The position numbers and the translations under genes were made by a program. From positions 1 through 64,000 of the forward strand of contig JAKMXF010000337.1 of assembly GCA_024704765.1 (NCBI GenBank): a stretch of DNA of 64,000 nucleotides, given 5' to 3'. How positions within the stretch are numbered: the first letter of the stretch is position 1; every line of letters begins with the position of its first letter. Shown here in pieces: positions 62,160-64,000 of the stretch. The notes beneath the pieces were generated by a model. The model saw only the letters and a program-made list of their open reading frames with translations, ran no database searches and was not told the origin of the DNA. Source of the stretch: Oopsacas minuta (Eukaryota; Animalia; Porifera).

Positions 62160-63463
62160 CGAAGGGCATTCGAAAAGTTTTGCCGTTTGATATGAAACCA
62201 TTAATCTGTCGGATATTTTTCCGCATCCATCTTTCAGATATATTTAATTAGTCTATTTTGAAACTTTCATTCATTTACCTCTTCTATTTTCATAAATTAG
62301 ATCATTTTAGATACATGGCTTCTAAAATATCTCAATCTAAATCAGATCTCACAAAACTTGATTTTCGAGTAATGATTTTGATCTTATTCAACCTACAGAA
62401 GACAAAAGTAGAAATCTATGGATCTTTACAGGAACATATCCCAGATCTAGCTCCTTCTCTAAGTACAGTTGAACGATGGTACAGGGAATTTATCACGGAA
62501 ATTTTGTTCTTGAAGATGCTCCTCGTTCACGAAGACCGAATATTTCACAAAATGAAGAAAATGTTAACCAAAGGCTAGGTCTAATTACTAGAGATCCTCA
62601 TATTACGTACGCTCAGGTAGAGTATGAAACCGAGTTATCATCGGGGGACAATTAATATCATTTTGCACAAAGAGCTTTGTGTTAGAAAGTTGAGTGCCCG
62701 ATGGATCCCCCATTCTTTGAACTTATAGCAAAAAATATCCCGCATAAACTTTTGCAAATTATGCTCAAAGGGTTTGCTACTGGAAGTTCAAGAGCTGTTT
62801 CTGAGATCCTTACAGGTGATGAGACATGGATATACCATTATGATCCAGAAACAAGGCGAATGTCAAAGGAGTGGGTTGAAGAAGATGCCCCACCTCCAAC
62901 CAAAGTGCGTAGGGCTAGATCTGTTGGGAAACAAATGTGGGCGATTTTTTTCAGATCTAGTGGGTTTGTGGAAGCTGTTGCTCTCGAGGATAGAAAGACT
63001 GTTACTGCCGACTGGTACACTACAGTGTGCCTACCCAAAGTCATCACAGCAATTGAGTCATAGCGGGAGAAGACAGGCATTAGTGGAATTCTTCTTCATC
63101 ATGATAGTGCATCATCGCATACGGCAATCATAACTCGTGAGTCTTTGGAAAATTCTGGACTCAAAACATTACCTCACCCACCCTACAGTTCTGATTTAGC
63201 CCCTTGCGAATTCTGGTTGTTCCCTAGACTCAAAGATCAATTACTTGGGAGGAGATTTTCGACTAATGAGGAGTTGAGAGGGGCACTTTTCCAAGCGATC
63301 GGAGACATATCCAAAGAAGAGTGGAAAATGTTTGATAATTGGTTTACCAGAATGAAAAAATGTAATAGATTGTCAGGGAGAGTATTTTGAAAATGTAATA
63401 GTCAAATTTATGATTACCAATATGATATGTCGGTCAACGTCAAAACTTTTCGAGTGCCCCTCG
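62160..63463 (+). mobile_element. Full-length mariner (DD34D-type) element
   Basis: ~30-bp TIR CGA(A/G)GGGCA(T/C)TCGAAAAGTTTTG with TA duplication; 1304 bp. Confidence 0.92.
62315..63390 (+). pseudogene. mariner transposase pseudogene
   Basis: WIPHSL, ILTGDETWIYHYDPET, ILLHHDSASSH and HPPYSSDLAPCEFWLF (34-residue spacing; third D is E here); stops and frameshifts. Confidence 0.9.
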
Positions 63464-64000
63464 TACAAGTGGTGATTATTCTAAGATTGGAATGTATTGT
63501 AAACTTAGATTCTAAAATGATGTTACAACAACAATCCTTTTGTATCCTATTGTGTTGCGAATTGTTGACTTCCCATTTATAGGTATAGGTATATTCTATT
63601 AGATTTAAAATTTTCCGCTTACCGAACGCAAACTTATAAACGATAATGTTATTTTCAGAGTTACTCGAATCTAAAAATATTTAAATATCTTTTGAGCCTA
63701 CGCTGTAGCGTCTTCATGTCTTCCGTTTGCGCTAACAACAGAAACCAAAATACTTAGAGCAATATAAAAACTCTAACCTGGGAGCGGGAAATTGGCTCGA
63801 AATATACAGTCCCGAATTCCTCAGTTAGCAAGGTTCCACTGAGTAGTGAATAATTATATAATAATTTCATTGATGTACAGTTGGATTTAGGTTATTGTCA
63901 CATCATATTTTTCAATTGGACAAAACCACGAATTCGACTGTATTCTACATATTCAATTTACTATTTTGCAATGCATTCCGTTCATTTATTGTCGAGCAAG

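Noticed and set aside
1-64000. tRNA, rRNA or SINE genes
   Set aside because: No cloverleaf, A/B-box pair or rRNA-like conserved stretch was noticed by eye; a tRNAscan-SE or Infernal run would be needed to exclude them fully.

Overview
AT-rich eukaryotic (animal) genomic window, roughly two-thirds of it nested, decayed Class II transposons. These include four Tc1/mariner clades (DD34E, DD37D, DD37E x2, DD34D), pogo/Tigger, two hATs, two long-TIR Merlins, a THAP P element, a Ginger2 derivative, a complete Helitron with a non-autonomous family, and a Transib/RAG1-like element. No retroelement, rRNA, tRNA or CRISPR array was recognised. Only two clean host-type ORFs were found, both single-exon: an NHL-repeat beta-propeller (22436-23254, minus) and a 637-aa low-complexity protein (50102-52015, minus) carrying the two conserved AUTS2/FBRSL1/Tay motifs. 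The protein style and intron-poor genes suggest an early-branching animal, possibly the glass sponge Oopsacas minuta; this is an unverified inference. The top leads are (i) a degenerate RAG1-core-like transposase with all three catalytic motifs, bounded by a perfect CACAGTG heptamer and asymmetric ends, and (ii) the AUTS2-family candidate gene. All alignments were done by eye; no searches were run, and reference motifs are quoted from memory.
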